A DNA stretch of 62,881 nucleotides, the filler included, from Rhabdomonas costata (taxonomy: Eukaryota), in the NCBI GenBank assembly GCA_019059605.1. It is 42 parts of 42 records of this genome, joined end to end, with 100 filler letters (N's around TTAATTAATTAA, not from the genome) between each part and the next. Parts side by side here need not be neighbours in the genome. Positions count along the whole stretch, not along the records: positions 24,000 to 25,399 come from JAHMHO010017050.1; positions 25,500 to 26,900 come from JAHMHO010017051.1; positions 27,001 to 28,399 come from JAHMHO010017052.1; positions 28,500 to 29,899 come from JAHMHO010017053.1; positions 30,000 to 31,399 come from JAHMHO010017054.1; positions 31,500 to 32,899 come from JAHMHO010017055.1; positions 33,000 to 34,396 come from JAHMHO010017056.1; positions 34,497 to 35,895 come from JAHMHO010017057.1; 34 more parts are not named here. The stretch is one strand, 5' to 3'. The translations under genes and the position numbers were made by a program. The stretch's first letter is position 1, and each line of letters begins with the position of its first letter. This document shows positions 24,000 through 36,664 of the stretch, piece after piece. Below the pieces are notes generated by a model. It did not search any database, was not told where the DNA came from, and saw only the letters and a list, made by a program, of their open reading frames with translations.

Positions 24000-25050
24000 T
24001 GTGGGTGGTCCGCAACTGCGGAGTCATTCCACGGAGTGGTCAACTCTACCGAGAAATCATTGATATTGGAAAACTCCCAAAGAAACGTGGAAGCACCAGC
24101 TACTGAAGTTCTCTCGGCAACTGCTACGGGAGTTGCTGAGCCCTGTGGATTGACATCAGGCGGCTCCAACCCCACAGTGGATTCAAGTATGCGATCGACA
24201 TATGCCACCACCCTTGATCCGGCAGAAGAGAAACATACCATCCTTGCAGCCTCGGAAAGCGATGTAGCATCGCGTTTGCTCGAACGAGAGCTTGCCAGTG
24301 TGAAGCAGTTGTGCCAGAGGCATTCTCATGTGATTTCCGAGCTTCGTGGCGTGGTGGATCTGCTCCAGTCCCGAATCAGTGCCCTGGAATCTTGGTCCTC
24401 TCGTTCCGAGATGGATGGCAGTGGACAGCCCGGAGGTGTCGACTTGGCTCGACTTCCCATGGGGTTTATGATTACAGCCGATTACTCGACAGTGATGAAG
24501 CTCCGGTCGGCCGCCGATGGGGTGGTCTTTTTGAGGACTGGCGAGGGCCTGGGCTGTCACTCTGTCGCACAGTGGGAGGTTTACCTCCGCCGGTCGGAAG
24601 ATGGCTCCCTTCCCGTGGGGTGGAGCTTCGCTGTTGGGGTGGCCAGCCATTCTCACCCCCAACACTTGCCCTTGGGGAGCTCACCGAGCAGCTGGGGGGT
24701 GAGCCAGAACCGAGACATTCTTTCGGCAAACTCTGCTAACCGGTGCGTTGTTCACGTTTGCTTGTTTCAATTGTTGTTTTTTCATATGAGTCAGCTGGGT
24801 TTTGTCGCTTTTTTCTTGGCTTGGGTGTATGTGTATGTGTGCTTGTGTGGGCTTGTGTGTGTCAAATTGGCGTGTCAGGATGATGATGCACTGCAAATCG
24901 GTCATCCTTATCACGGTTGCTCTTCCAGGTCCTCCCTGCGAACGACGTGGGCCTCAGGATGGCTGGCGCAAGGCTGCCGTGTTCGACTGATCTTTCAGGG
25001 CATCACGGGAGAACTCTTGGTGCAGCGTACGGAGCCAAAGGATAGGTGTG
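24000..25050 (+). CDS. Coiled-coil plus SPRY-like domain protein, partial, with introns
   Basis: A long ORF has a heptad region (LERELASVKQL...LQSRISALE) followed by WEVYL...FAVGVAS...LGSSPSSWG and GCRVRLIF...GELLV. Confidence 0.6.
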
Positions 25051-25580
25051 CTAGAGGTCTTGTCCACTTGTTCTTCATTTGCTCTTTTTTTGTGCCCCGT
25101 GCCCCTGTGCCCCTCTTGCCGCTCTCGAGTGCTTTTTTGGTGGCGATTGTGAACTGAAGAACGAGCTGGATGGCACCTCGGGCTGGATGCTATTGTTTTT
25201 TTTTTGCTAATCCGATTTTTCATAGTTCAGGTATCCATGAACCAGTGAGCCATACGGAACGCACACGCAGAGCGCAAAGACAAATGATGCAGAAATGCGC
25301 AATGACAAAAACAACAATGGTCAAAATTGAATGGGAAACTTGGACAAAGAGGATAATAGTGAGAGGTAGGCAACAAAACTGCTGGGAGTAGGTACAGCAN
25401 NNNNNNNNNNNNNNNNNNNNNNNNNNNNNNNNNNNNNNNNNNNTTAATTAATTAANNNNNNNNNNNNNNNNNNNNNNNNNNNNNNNNNNNNNNNNNNNNG
25501 TGGTGGGTGTGGGTGGGGTGGTGTGTCAATTTTACCGGCGCCCACGCGCGCCTTGACGCACGCGTGCGCTTTTCCTGTAG

Positions 25581-26900
25581 GCGCCTCGGTGAGGCTGGTG
25601 TTTGCGGAGAACGACATCTTTGAGGCCTCTGGTCCTGGCATTGTGGTGGCGATGGGGACCCCGCAGTTCGTGGGCAACAACATCCACACCAACGCCAGCG
25701 CAGGTCGGTTCCATCACAATCTTTGGTTTGTGTTGGGTGAGTATCGCATCGTGCCAAGAACCTCACTGACTTTCGTTGTGTTCGTGCGTTTGTTTCATTG
25801 GGATTTGGACTGATTAGAAAGATGCATGTTTGCGAGAAAAGAAAGCACGAGCGGAATTATCGGAGAGATGATGGGGAATAGGGTGACAAAGATGGCATTT
25901 GTGATTTCCTTTCTAAGGAATCCGGATTGCTGGTTCTGACGCCAACCCCGTCTTCGGCAAGAACCTTGTCACCGGCCACACGGAGTGCGGGCTGGACGTG
26001 CGAGAAGGGTGCGCATGTGCACACGCACGAGAGTGTGTGTGTGTGTGTGTACCTGGATGTATGTTGTGCTAATACTGCACCAGCAGATCAGATATTCGTC
26101 GTCGTCTTGTGGCCACGTATTGCGTGCGTGGTGTGTGTGTGTGTGTGCGTGCGTGTGTGCGTGTGCGTGTGCGTGTGCGTGTGCGTGTGCGTGTGCGTGT
26201 GCGTGCGTGCGTGTTTGATGCGTGCCCGCGCCAATTGCGTGTTGTTTTCGGAACTGTTGACAAAGCACCCTTTTCTGTTTCACCGTTTACCTCCCCAGGT
26301 GCTTCTGTGCTCTGTTTCCGGTTACAAGTATTTGTCCCTGTCTCTTCTCCGCCGTTATTTTACCTTTTAGGGGCCGCGGGCTCCTCGCCGGGAACACCTT
26401 CACTGCCAACCGGGTGCACGTGCAGGTCCACGGCACCGGAAACCCCACTCTGCAGGGCAATGCACTGAGAAAGGCTGAGCGCTGTGCCGTGCTGGCCTCC
26501 GACGGCGCCACAGGGTCTGCACCCCCCTTCCCCCTCATCACGCACCGTCGAACCTCACGTGATCTTTTGCGGCAAAGGTGGAGGCTGTTCTGTCTGCAAG
26601 CAAAGGTTCAGAGATGAGTTTTCAACTCTGTGGCGATGGAATTCACGCAACAGCAGTGGCCATGGCCTCACAAGGGCGTTATGGGTACTTTTGAGCCCCA
26701 ATTTCTTTCTCAGAAAAGACGTTTGCTGAACCGAAGCCTTTAAAGGAAGAGACAGCGCGAATTCTCTGGGTTTTTTTTTTGCTGTGAAGTGTTTAATTGG
26801 TGGTGTTTTATGCGTTTGCTTATTCACAGAGTGTTCAGTTTCAACGAGATCGAGGGCAACGTCGTGGGAGTGGAGGTCACCTCGGGTGCCAACCCAGAGT
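25581..26900 (+). CDS. Right-handed parallel beta-helix repeat protein (FBXO11/NosD-like), four or more exons
   Basis: Exons read ENDIFEASGPGIVVAMGTPQFVGNNIHTN; GIRIAGSDANPVFGKNLV; GNTFTANRVHVQVHGTGNPTLQGNAL; NEIEGNVVGVEVTSGANP. Confidence 0.8.
26130..26214. repeat. Intronic (GT)n/(GTGTGC)n microsatellite
   Basis: Direct tandem copies are visible. Confidence 0.9.
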
Positions 26901-28514
26901 NNNNNNNNNNNNNNNNNNNNNNNNNNNNNNNNNNNNNNNNNNNNTTAATTAATTAANNNNNNNNNNNNNNNNNNNNNNNNNNNNNNNNNNNNNNNNNNNN
27001 TTTTGGTGTGGTGTCTCGTGAAACTAGCTTATTTGTGCATTAAAAAATTTTCTTTGAGCATTTTCAACTTTTGCATCTGCATGTTTTTTTAACTAATGTT
27101 TTGTTTATATCCTGCTGCATTAGCTTTTATGACTTTCCTGCATTTTTCGAACAACGCCATTTTCAGGGAAAGTTCCAACAGACCTTGCCATTTCAAAAAA
27201 TTCAATTGGCGCACATGGTTTGGGTGACTGTTTCGGTGCAGCGATATCCGCCTGGAGGGGTTTAACACACTGCCCCCTGGCGCTGAGAATTGTTTGAGTT
27301 TGGTGGCCTGGGGCTATTTGCCTGTCCCCCGTTCGGCATGGGGTGAGGGATGGGTGGTTCTTTTGTAAATACGTTGTGGGTGCTGTCGTAAACCCTCCGC
27401 TGCGTTGGGCACGAAGCGGCGCAAAAGCGATACTGAAGAGCCGCCAAGGGGCACCACAACCGGCTGAGGGTGAAAGGTCAGAAACTTCTGACCCCAAGGA
27501 CCGGTCACGCAGCGTTTCGGGTGGCCTGCGGTGTATACAAGAGACCCCAGGCCTGCTTGGGCTTTGCCCTCACTTGTTTATTTGTTGGAATAAAAAAGAA
27601 AAGATAAGGTGTCCTGGGCAAGCAGCGCGCAGCCTGGGTGCTCGCAAGGTGGTCCTATAGCACTCAGGGGCCACGGGGTTGCTGGCTCACCACAATTACA
27701 TTAAAATATATTTCAAGCGGGCGGTGTTTTTCATAGATAGATAAACATATTTCTTATAAAAAGTCTGACGAAATCACAGGAGTCTTGCAAGCGATGAGGA
27801 AACGGAACTATTGCGCAGCGGCGGAGGACGGTGAATAACACAAATGGAAGGGAAAGAGTGACACTAGAAGCACCACTATTACACTATTCACACTATCACA
27901 CCCTGGATGGAGAATGCAGAAAGGCGTTAGAAAAAGGGTACTTTTTCCAGCTAGTTGGACAGCTAAGCACCCACGTGGTTGATACCATTGAATTGTTGGT
28001 ATTTTACATATGAATTCTTCCGGAAATTTTGGTCCATTTCACTGACTGACTGAACTTACATACAAGTGGTCGATCTTTTTCCGCGCCTTTTGGGTACAAC
28101 ATATTCGTAACCTCGGCAGTGGGAGTGGTTTGGTCGATTCAAGAAAGAGGCTAATGGAAGAAGAATTCTTAGAGTGCATACAAGAAAGATCTTTAGCTCC
28201 TTTTTCGGGATCTCACCCCTGATTCACCACAGATGTTTGCTCAGCTGGAGAAGGATATGGCGGTATGGATGGCAAAGTTGGAGGCCGATGCTGCTGCGGA
28301 GGCTGCCGCTGCTGCGAAGTGATGTACTGATACTGTGAGAGATCTATGAGACGCTTGTGGGTGATGACCGTGGTATATACCCCGGTCATCACCACACAAN
28401 NNNNNNNNNNNNNNNNNNNNNNNNNNNNNNNNNNNNNNNNNNNTTAATTAATTAANNNNNNNNNNNNNNNNNNNNNNNNNNNNNNNNNNNNNNNNNNNNT
28501 TTTGGTTTGCGCAG

Positions 28515-28721
28515 GCAACTTTTCAGGTTCTTTCGCAGTTGTTCGGGACCATCAGGAGTGTTAACTCCAGTGCTAGGCTGGCGCTAGTGGGAAACAAGAC
28601 GGATTTGAAAAAGGCCAAGGTGAAGCGTGCTCAAGCTGACGAGGCTGCAAAGCTTCACGGCGTCTCCTTCACGTTTGAGCTCTCCGCAACTGATCGGCTG
28701 GCAGTCACGACGCTCTTTCGG
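28515..28721 (+). CDS. Ras/Rab-superfamily small GTPase exon (G4-G5); probable further exons near 29045 and 29190
   Basis: LALVGNKTDL (NKxD) ... FELSAT (G5), flanked by AG and GT. Confidence 0.82.
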
Positions 28722-29632
28722 GTGTTTTGCGTTATTCCAAGGCTTCTTCTAGTTGAATGACTCTTTTTCGAAGGCCTTTTCGAAGGCCAGAGCAGGTTTG
28801 TTGCCGCAGGTGCGCGTCCCAGACTTCACGGTAGGAAAGCGAGCGTCAGGTAGGGTGGGATACCCTTAGGCCGTGATATGAAAAGGGAAGGGTTTCCTGA
28901 TGCAAATCATATTTCAAACCCAGAAACCCGCCCCAGCTAAGCTGTTGAGTCGAAAAGTATGCTGAGCCGCTGGGATTGGGAAGGATGGTATTTATAGTTT
29001 TTATATTTGATTTTTTGTGTCTTTGTTCATCCTTTTGACACAGAAGCTTTTGCTGGAAGTTTTTCCCTCTGCCGACCGCACCGGCGAGCTCGTGGTCACC
29101 TCAGGATGCACAGACGCTCACCTGAAAGCCGCCGCTGAGCAAGCTGTGGTGCAATTTTTATTGTCCTTTATGTGCTTCTTTTCAACCAGGCGGCGAAGGA
29201 ATTGGTTTCGATGGCGTGCATTGGATGCCTCATTTCCAGGATGCCGAAGAGGGTGCTGTGCGGGAGATCCGTGCGTTCAACTGGAGGGACCTGCTGCTGT
29301 GGTGCTTCCGAAGAGCTGAGAAAGTGCCAGTTGATGGTTAGTACTGCGAGGCCCCCACGCTTGTATGCCACAGACAATTCTCACCGCGTTGAAAATTCGA
29401 ATGGAGGCTCGAGTTTTTCGTATTGATTTGCTTTTGTTTTTTTCTTGCTATTGTCTTTTGTGCTCTGTTTGATTTATGTGCTTTCATAAACGGCAGAATT
29501 GCAGTGTCATTACCGTGTTGCTGAAGAAGCTTTAAAGCATTTTTGTGAATGGGAGAGTGCTTCAACCTGTAACCTCTGCAACCTCGCAGCTCTTTTGGCC
29601 GGTTCCCGTCGAAAATGAGTGAGCTTATGGGG

Positions 29633-29891
29633 GGCTTCAATGCACTGCAGAGTGAAAACTATCATCCGAGCTTCATTCGGAATTTACATGCTGACTTCGT
29701 GGCACCACACCTCCATCACGATTTGGAATTCAATCACTGAATGGAACAGAACGCTGACGATTTTTTGTGTCATAAAATGAATCCGTGCGCTTTCTTCGCG
29801 GCAAGGTGGCAAGGGTCATTCTTTGATGGCCAGCAAGTGAATTCCGAATGAAGCTCGGATGATAGTTTTCACTCTGCAGTGCATTGAAGCC
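29633..29891. repeat. 52-bp perfect inverted repeat (29633-29684 / 29840-29891)
   Basis: GGCTTCAATGCACTGCAG...CGGAATT and its exact reverse complement at the contig end. Confidence 0.9.
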
Positions 29892-31095
29892 ACCCAACCN
29901 NNNNNNNNNNNNNNNNNNNNNNNNNNNNNNNNNNNNNNNNNNNTTAATTAATTAANNNNNNNNNNNNNNNNNNNNNNNNNNNNNNNNNNNNNNNNNNNNT
30001 ACAATGTCACTGAGAATTTGTTTGTTTGTTTGTTGCTTGAGTGGGAGTGGCAGCACACAAGCGCAAGGAGGAAATGGGGAGCATTTTTGCTCACTCCTAC
30101 TCCTCCTACTACTGCATACGGTATTTCGGCTTCGGTCGCGAGCTTCCGACCGTCCTTCTCTCTCTTGATTGCTTTGTGGCTTCCTTTTTTGAATGCACTT
30201 CCCTGGAACGTGCCAGTTGCTAGCCCTTGCCTCGGCGACATTCTTGTTTTTTCTCACCTAAATCCGCCCCGGTTGGTTGTCTCTGACTGATTTTATGTCC
30301 CCAAATACAATCACAGTTCATTTTTTTGATTTGAGCAGCCCCTGTCGTCGATGTCATGAGCACATCTCCAGAACAGCCTGGAACATGCCTGGAAGACAAG
30401 TAACTTGTGCGGACATTCCAAAGAGCAGGCAAGGAAAACTTTCTCCATGCACACGGTGAGTCCACCTTGTGCCGCGGGACATATGGCAACAGCTCGCACA
30501 ATTGCCGCAGTTATTGGAAGTTATTGGAAGTCGCTACTAAATGGATTGTTGGTTTGCATTTCTTAACTTTCGTTTTGTAAGAGGGAACTGGCTGAGATCC
30601 ACTTGATACCCTCACAAATGGGTGCACAGGACTGCAGCACGTTCAACACCAATGAGACGATGGAGAAGGTCTCGAAGGTCGGCGTCCCTCTCTCGGTATG
30701 GATGGATGCGCGTTGGTGTTCTGCAGCAGTTTTGGCACCGCATTTGCTCACATCTGGCTTTCTTGCCTTTGATGCCTGTTGCTTTGCTGTGTGATTCACT
30801 ATTAAGCAAATGTTTTTTACACAGGTCGTCCATGTTAAAGGTTCATTTTGATTTGGAGTTTTGTTGTTTGTGTGGGAAACTCTGAATTTCGAGATGAAAC
30901 GGGCCATAACTGCTTGACAGAATATGAGCAGTTCAGTCCGAGTCATTTGATTTAAGTCCTCCCACACGTACCGTCGGCATTGTCTCTTACAGCACTATCC
31001 CTCGTTGATGTAACTGCCCATTTTCTTTAGCCTGGCTTGGCAACTCCAACGGGATTTTTCTGCCACAGCCTGTTTTCCTTTTTGTGCTTGGACAG

Positions 31096-31398
31096 ACTCT
31101 CGTTGGCGCGAGGGCGGCCTGCGCGTCTGTAGCGCTGTCCTTCCAGTGCACGGGCTCCTCTCCCTCCTCGGCAACAGCCTCGTGTCAGAGCATCCAGGCC
31201 TCCGCCACCAACGGGGCTCTCAGCACTGCTCTCCCTGTTGTTCAGGCCGTGTACAGCTCCACCCCATACTACCCCACACCAGCCACAACCACCTCCACTA
31301 CCACCTCCCATACCACTTCCACTGCGGCGACCACATCCACTTCCACTTCTACCTCCACGTCCACCTCCACGACCACTTCCACGGCGGCAACCACCCAA
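31096..31398 (+). CDS. Exon of a Thr/Ser-rich mucin-like protein
   Basis: Follows a CAG acceptor: TLVGARAACASVAL...PTPATTTSTTTSHTTSTAATTSTSTSTSTS. Confidence 0.55.
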
Positions 31399-31499
31399 CN
31401 NNNNNNNNNNNNNNNNNNNNNNNNNNNNNNNNNNNNNNNNNNNTTAATTAATTAANNNNNNNNNNNNNNNNNNNNNNNNNNNNNNNNNNNNNNNNNNNN

Positions 31500-32700
31500 G
31501 TTTTGGGTGGAAAATCCTTGCTTCCAGGTATCCGACTTTCCGTCCCGTCATCGTCGTCGACTTTTTAAAAACTTCGTCATTTTTGAAAGTGCTTCTGGTT
31601 TCTCTTCAGATTCCCTATTTAGGATACTTTTCCAACAAATCAAAAACTCCCGAAGTTCGATCTGACTGACTGAACCTATGCTCTTCCTCCCAAAACGCGC
31701 GGCCTCAAATAGGGATGATTGTCGCCACTTTCTTTGGGTCCCGTTCCACCTCCGTCAAATCCACCTCTTTGAATGGTTATAAAACCGGGGTGGAATCAAG
31801 TCGATCGCGTGAAAAACAGGATGTACTCTTGATAATCTTTTTGCAATTTCTAGCAAGATTGTGTTTTTGTAATTGGCTTAGCAATTGGAAGTCTCCAACC
31901 GTCTTCGGCGTTAAAGGTGCCTTTGAGACTCCAAACTTCCACTGGTAATCCCTCATTAGACTGATCAGAACATCTTTTCCTACACAAAACTGAAAGTTTG
32001 CACTCTTCCGATTCGCGTATTGCTTGGAAATCTTCTGATCTGATTCTGATGATGATTCTCTTCTTTTCAAACGGATCATGAACTTCCTGCCACTCTGACT
32101 TCATTCTGCGAATGGTAAAACGCACTGCCTGGGTATTAGTTCCAAAATCTTGCTCCTCAGTATCTGGCGTCCCACCAAAAGACTGGATGGTATCCAAAGC
32201 ACAAGTAGAAATGACTATACTCTGTGTTTGCTATTGGCGTGCTGTTGATTGCTATATCTGAAAGAACAAACAAATCCGGACACTTTGCCTTTTGACTTGT
32301 CAACAACAACGTTCGCAACAACTGCTTCAATGTCTGGTTTGTAACGGTGCTTGATTGTAACCACACAAAGTCCACTGAAACCTATTCAAACCTTTGCAAA
32401 GTGTTTCCAAATTATTCAACAATGTACGCTCTGCAGATAATGGTATGCATTTATGCTCCTGAACGCAAACGTCATCTTCATAACCCCAGCTGTAATTGTA
32501 ACTCCACATTGATATGCAACATGTGAATCGTGATATCTCAAAATTACCTCCGTCACTTAATTCCTGCGTACTACGATATTCCCGTAATCCAAAATCCGAT
32601 TCTGGCGCCAATTGTCTTAACTCTTTTGCAACTTCAAAGTTTTTTTAGAATGTCATGATCCAACAAATAGTTTTCCAAACAGTCAGTCACGTACAGCCTC
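31500..32700 (-). mobile_element. Degenerate, rearranged Ty3/gypsy integrase/RT remnant
   Basis: MDFV; NQTLKQLLRTLL...IAINSTPIANTEYSHFYLCFGYHP (integrase C-terminal core); DPKKVATI (RT end). Many stops. Confidence 0.7.
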
Positions 32701-33006
32701 ACCAACTAAGTCTCATTTATCTTCAGTGCTTTATTCAGCTCTACATAATCTCTTTTCACAGCATCTTCGATTGATATCTATGACGCATTTCTGACCTGAA
32801 ACTGATCTAAATGGTTACGCGAAAGCTCATCGACAGAAACTACATGTTGTACTGGGATATGTGAAATCTTCAAAGTGTACCTCTTCAACACAAACCACCN
32901 NNNNNNNNNNNNNNNNNNNNNNNNNNNNNNNNNNNNNNNNNNNTTAATTAATTAANNNNNNNNNNNNNNNNNNNNNNNNNNNNNNNNNNNNNNNNNNNNG
33001 TGGTGT

Positions 33007-33150
33007 GTTGCTCGGTTGGTCGGTTCGTTATCTTTTGTTGCCCGGATAACTTCCTCACCCTAATTTCCTACCGAGACCAAGGCCGCGGTCTGCACCACAT
33101 TCATATGTATCACGGGCAACAAAAGATAACGAACCGACCAACCGAGCAAC
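33007..33150. repeat. 38-bp perfect inverted repeat (33007-33044 / 33113-33150)
   Basis: GTTGCTCGGTTGGTCGG...GCCCG and its reverse complement. Confidence 0.9.
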
Positions 33151-33233
33151 TCATCAACACCGACCACGCCCCACTAAGTCACTCGGATTCCCGAGGGTCT
33201 CAGAGATTCAAAAGGAGGCCGTCACCTCCCTTC

Positions 33234-34248
33234 TCAGCTGTTTGCGCCCTGCATCCACTGCACGGTTTCCTTCAGCCCCGCCTGCAAGGCCACCTGGGGC
33301 TGCCACTGCAGCGCCTGAGTTGCTCAGCTAATGTCGGCGTAGGAATCCCGGATATCCCCCAGCCGTGCAGGCTGGGCGACCAGCTCAAGTTTATGGCCGT
33401 GGAAGCACCCCGCGAGCATCGCCGCCAGCGCCTTCACCGACGTGAACTGGTGAGAGAACACATTGTGTGTGTGTGTCCAACTTCTGCCTCTCTCTCTCTT
33501 GGTTCTCTCTGTGTGTGGATGAACGTGCGCGTGAGCACACGCGCGCGCGTTCCGAAAGACTCTTCCCTGCATTCATCTGTGGCACAGTGGCCAAAGAGGG
33601 TCAATGCAAGGCATAAAAAGAGCGAAACGCCTCATTTGGAGCAGGTAATGCGCAGGCACAACCCCCCGCTGTGTTATTGCGCCAGCACACATGTCTTTCC
33701 AGTTCTGAAAACTCTGTGTATGAAGCCGGAGGAAAGCAGCGGATAGAAGAAGGCCGACAAAGGTGGGGCTTGCTCTTGGGTACGACGGGTAGGCAAGCAC
33801 AAGGCCAGGCCAAAAACCCCTCTCAGGCCCCTGAAAAGTACATATACAGACACCCCCCCCCCCTTCCACATACCTTTCCAGTCGCAACGTTGACCGCCAT
33901 GAAGCTGCTGGGCAGAGCCGTTGTCATTGCCAACACCAAGGCCTCTGCCACATCCTTAAAAAAAAAGCACCACAGCAAGGAAAGTAGGGCAAATCGAACA
34001 CGGTGCTGCCCAATATATCTGTCGTGCCCGTTCAGATGCGCGACACCGAGGCATCGGTCGGTTCAATCGTAGTAATCTCATACGCATACATAGTCTGGCG
34101 CGCGTATACACACAACTGAAATCACAGGCACCTTAACAAACACGAAGTCGCGGGTCTGCTCCCCGTCCCCGAAAATGGTGAGGGGCTTTCCCTCAGCCAG
34201 CAGCTGGGCAAACCGCGAGATCACCCCGCTGTACGGAGAGGAGGGGTC
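33234..34248 (-). CDS. NAD-dependent epimerase/dehydratase (UDP-glucose 4-epimerase-like), 3' exons 34248-34132, 33954-33874 and 33446-33234; in-frame TGA at 33324-33326
   Basis: [13 protein letters not shown]...[27 protein letters not shown]...[15 protein letters not shown]...[37 protein letters not shown]. Confidence 0.9.
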
Positions 34249-34496
34249 CTGCCAACACACAACAGGACAACGCCACAGGCGCGTGGTGGCCCTGTGTGCA
34301 CGAGGCATACCGGCCTTTCCATGGGAACGACTACTCACCCCACCCCCGCACAGAGGTTCATAGAAATAACGCCAATAACTTGAAACTTACAAAATGNNNN
34401 NNNNNNNNNNNNNNNNNNNNNNNNNNNNNNNNNNNNNNNNTTAATTAATTAANNNNNNNNNNNNNNNNNNNNNNNNNNNNNNNNNNNNNNNNNNNN

Positions 34497-35186
34497 GGGT
34501 TTTTGGCCTTGTGGCTGCCTGTACAGCGCCTCGTTCACTCGCAGCGCTTCCGCCCTTTTCCGATCCACCTCCACGGCAACCACAAGGTCAAAAAACCCCA
34601 AAAGAGGAAATGCATTTCCTCCCGCGCATGCCATACCGTCCAGGGCAACCCCTGACCGTGCGCATTCTGGGGCAATATGCCCCACAAACTCCGCCAGTAG
34701 GGAGGCCATTCTACTGGCGTGAATCTCGCCTGTGACAGACATGCTCGCCTCGGAATCCAGGAGTACCTGCCGGCGCAGGGCGAACGGCAGGGAAGGGAAG
34801 AAGTGGTCTCGCAGCTTCCCTGCAGCCCTGTCGAACCCCAAAGCAGCGCCTTCAAAGAACACCGGCGGGCGGGCCACCCAGTCCACCAGAGCACAGGCCA
34901 CCGCCTCACACTCCTGCGGGGAACGGAACCGCAGCACACAGCAGCCGTCACGAACATGCCTGTGATGGTTGAGCTCCACGGAGACAAAGGGGACGGGGAT
35001 GTCGAAAGGAGAGGCAGAGCCCACGCTGCGGTGGTACTCCCCGCAGACCATCCGTACGCCTTCTTGGATCACCTTGGCAAGGCCCCAGCCCGTGGAGGGG
35101 AACGGCACCCCGCGAGCAAGCAGAGCCCTGAACTCATGCTGTGCCTCAACAGAAACTTCCTCGGCTTCTGCGCTACCTTCAGCCAT
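34497..35186 (-). CDS. TGS-like RNA cap guanine-N2 methyltransferase, 3'-truncated
   Basis: LDSEASMSVTGEIHASRMA...LDGMACAGGNAF...VVAVEVDRKRAEALRVN fits the Tgs D.E..SVT.E..A / D...GGN / AVE.D pattern. Confidence 0.78.
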
Positions 35187-36249
35187 CAGAGGCACGAAGA
35201 TAAGTAGCTGCGAAAGCCGTTCAGTCCAGGACATCAGGAAAGTGCTGGGCGGAGAGAACAAGGGCTTCCAACAAATGTATTCAGCTCCGGTAAGGTAATG
35301 TGTGATATGCGCTCGACATTTTTGCGCATGAAAAGCGCATATTGTCATTTTGTGCGCGATCGTGCCAGCCCCCACGCCGCCTCCGAGCTGATTGTCCCTG
35401 TGCAGCGGTAGATTATGTGGACGACGATCCATAGCCCACCTGTAGATGCAACGTAACGATTTGTCAGAAACCCTTGAGGGCATTCACATCGAAACCACGG
35501 ATAATGAATGTAAACAAAAGTCAAACGTCATTCTATTATATCCATTCCTCCAGAATATGGTAAGAAGGGGAATCAACAACGACGGAGAAGGCCAAGGGCC
35601 ATGAGTACAAGTCTTCCAGAGGTTTGCACAGATGTGGTGAAAAGCGCAATCCCCGCAGAAAAGGCACACGCGGAGTGAAGCCTCCGAAATCCCCCCACCA
35701 CTAACACACACACGCAGACACTAAACATCAGCCAACACAGAGGAAAAAGGAGAGAAACAAACCCAACCCTAACGCATCACAAGCGCGAAAATGATGACAC
35801 TAAGTAATCATCAATCATAAGTACAAGAACACGTACCCGAGGCATTGCCAAAAAATCACAACCCACACCCTCCTCTATGGTTCAGGCCCAAACAANNNNN
35901 NNNNNNNNNNNNNNNNNNNNNNNNNNNNNNNNNNNNNNNTTAATTAATTAANNNNNNNNNNNNNNNNNNNNNNNNNNNNNNNNNNNNNNNNNNNNGGTTT
36001 TTGGGACCAACAGAAAAGTGCGCGTACCCGAAAGCAGGGACATCTGCGAATCTGCGAATATAGTCAAGACGTGCCATGTCGCAAGGAGCTCACCAAAAGG
36101 CAAACAAAGGGACCGGTCAAGTGGATTTTATCGGTTGGAGGGACACGTGGAAACCTTGCAAGCGGACTGGCAAAAGTAGCCCGCGGCGCATGTGTACGCG
36201 TTGACGTCGCCACTCGACCCGAAAAAAAAAAATTCTGATGTGACCCCCA

Positions 36250-36664
36250 AAGGGGTCACATCAGAATGAGCAGCTTCCCAGTTGATGACACACACCCTGA
36301 ACCTTTGTGACCAGGTGGCCACACCCAGGCGGCTGACACCCAGTATATGCACCGAGCGAACCCCGGCACAGTCATGGGCCCAGAAGTAATCCAAGAAAAG
36401 ACATTGCTTCAAAGGCAGGGGCGAGGATTCAAGAATAGAGGATGATTTACCATAAATCTTCTTTCGACACTTGGTACACCTCCGGTAGGAAGAACTGCCA
36501 TTTTGGCAGACCTCACCCAAAGGGCCACCACACTCACAAGAAGGATCTCTCAGTACACCATAGCTCTTCAAAAACTTGCGTAGTTCGGTTTTATCAGCAC
36601 ATAAAGCTTCTAAATTAACAAAGAGAACATGGCTGTAGAAAGAGGGGCAACACTCCCTAACCAC
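36250..36664 (-). mobile_element. Merlin/IS1595-like transposase N-terminal half, truncated before the DDE core
   Basis: FLKSYGVL...CECG...RRCTKCRKK...SILESSPLPLKQCLFLDYFWA...LGVSRLGVATWSQRFRVC (zinc ribbon + HTH). Confidence 0.75.

Noticed and set aside
25927-26468. ORFs with VCVC/HAHA/RTRT repeats
   Set aside because: They are translations of an intronic microsatellite.
36232-36267. 16-bp perfect hairpin as a terminator
   Set aside because: It lies exactly where the Merlin transposase similarity breaks off, so it is more likely a fold-back or template-switch scar.
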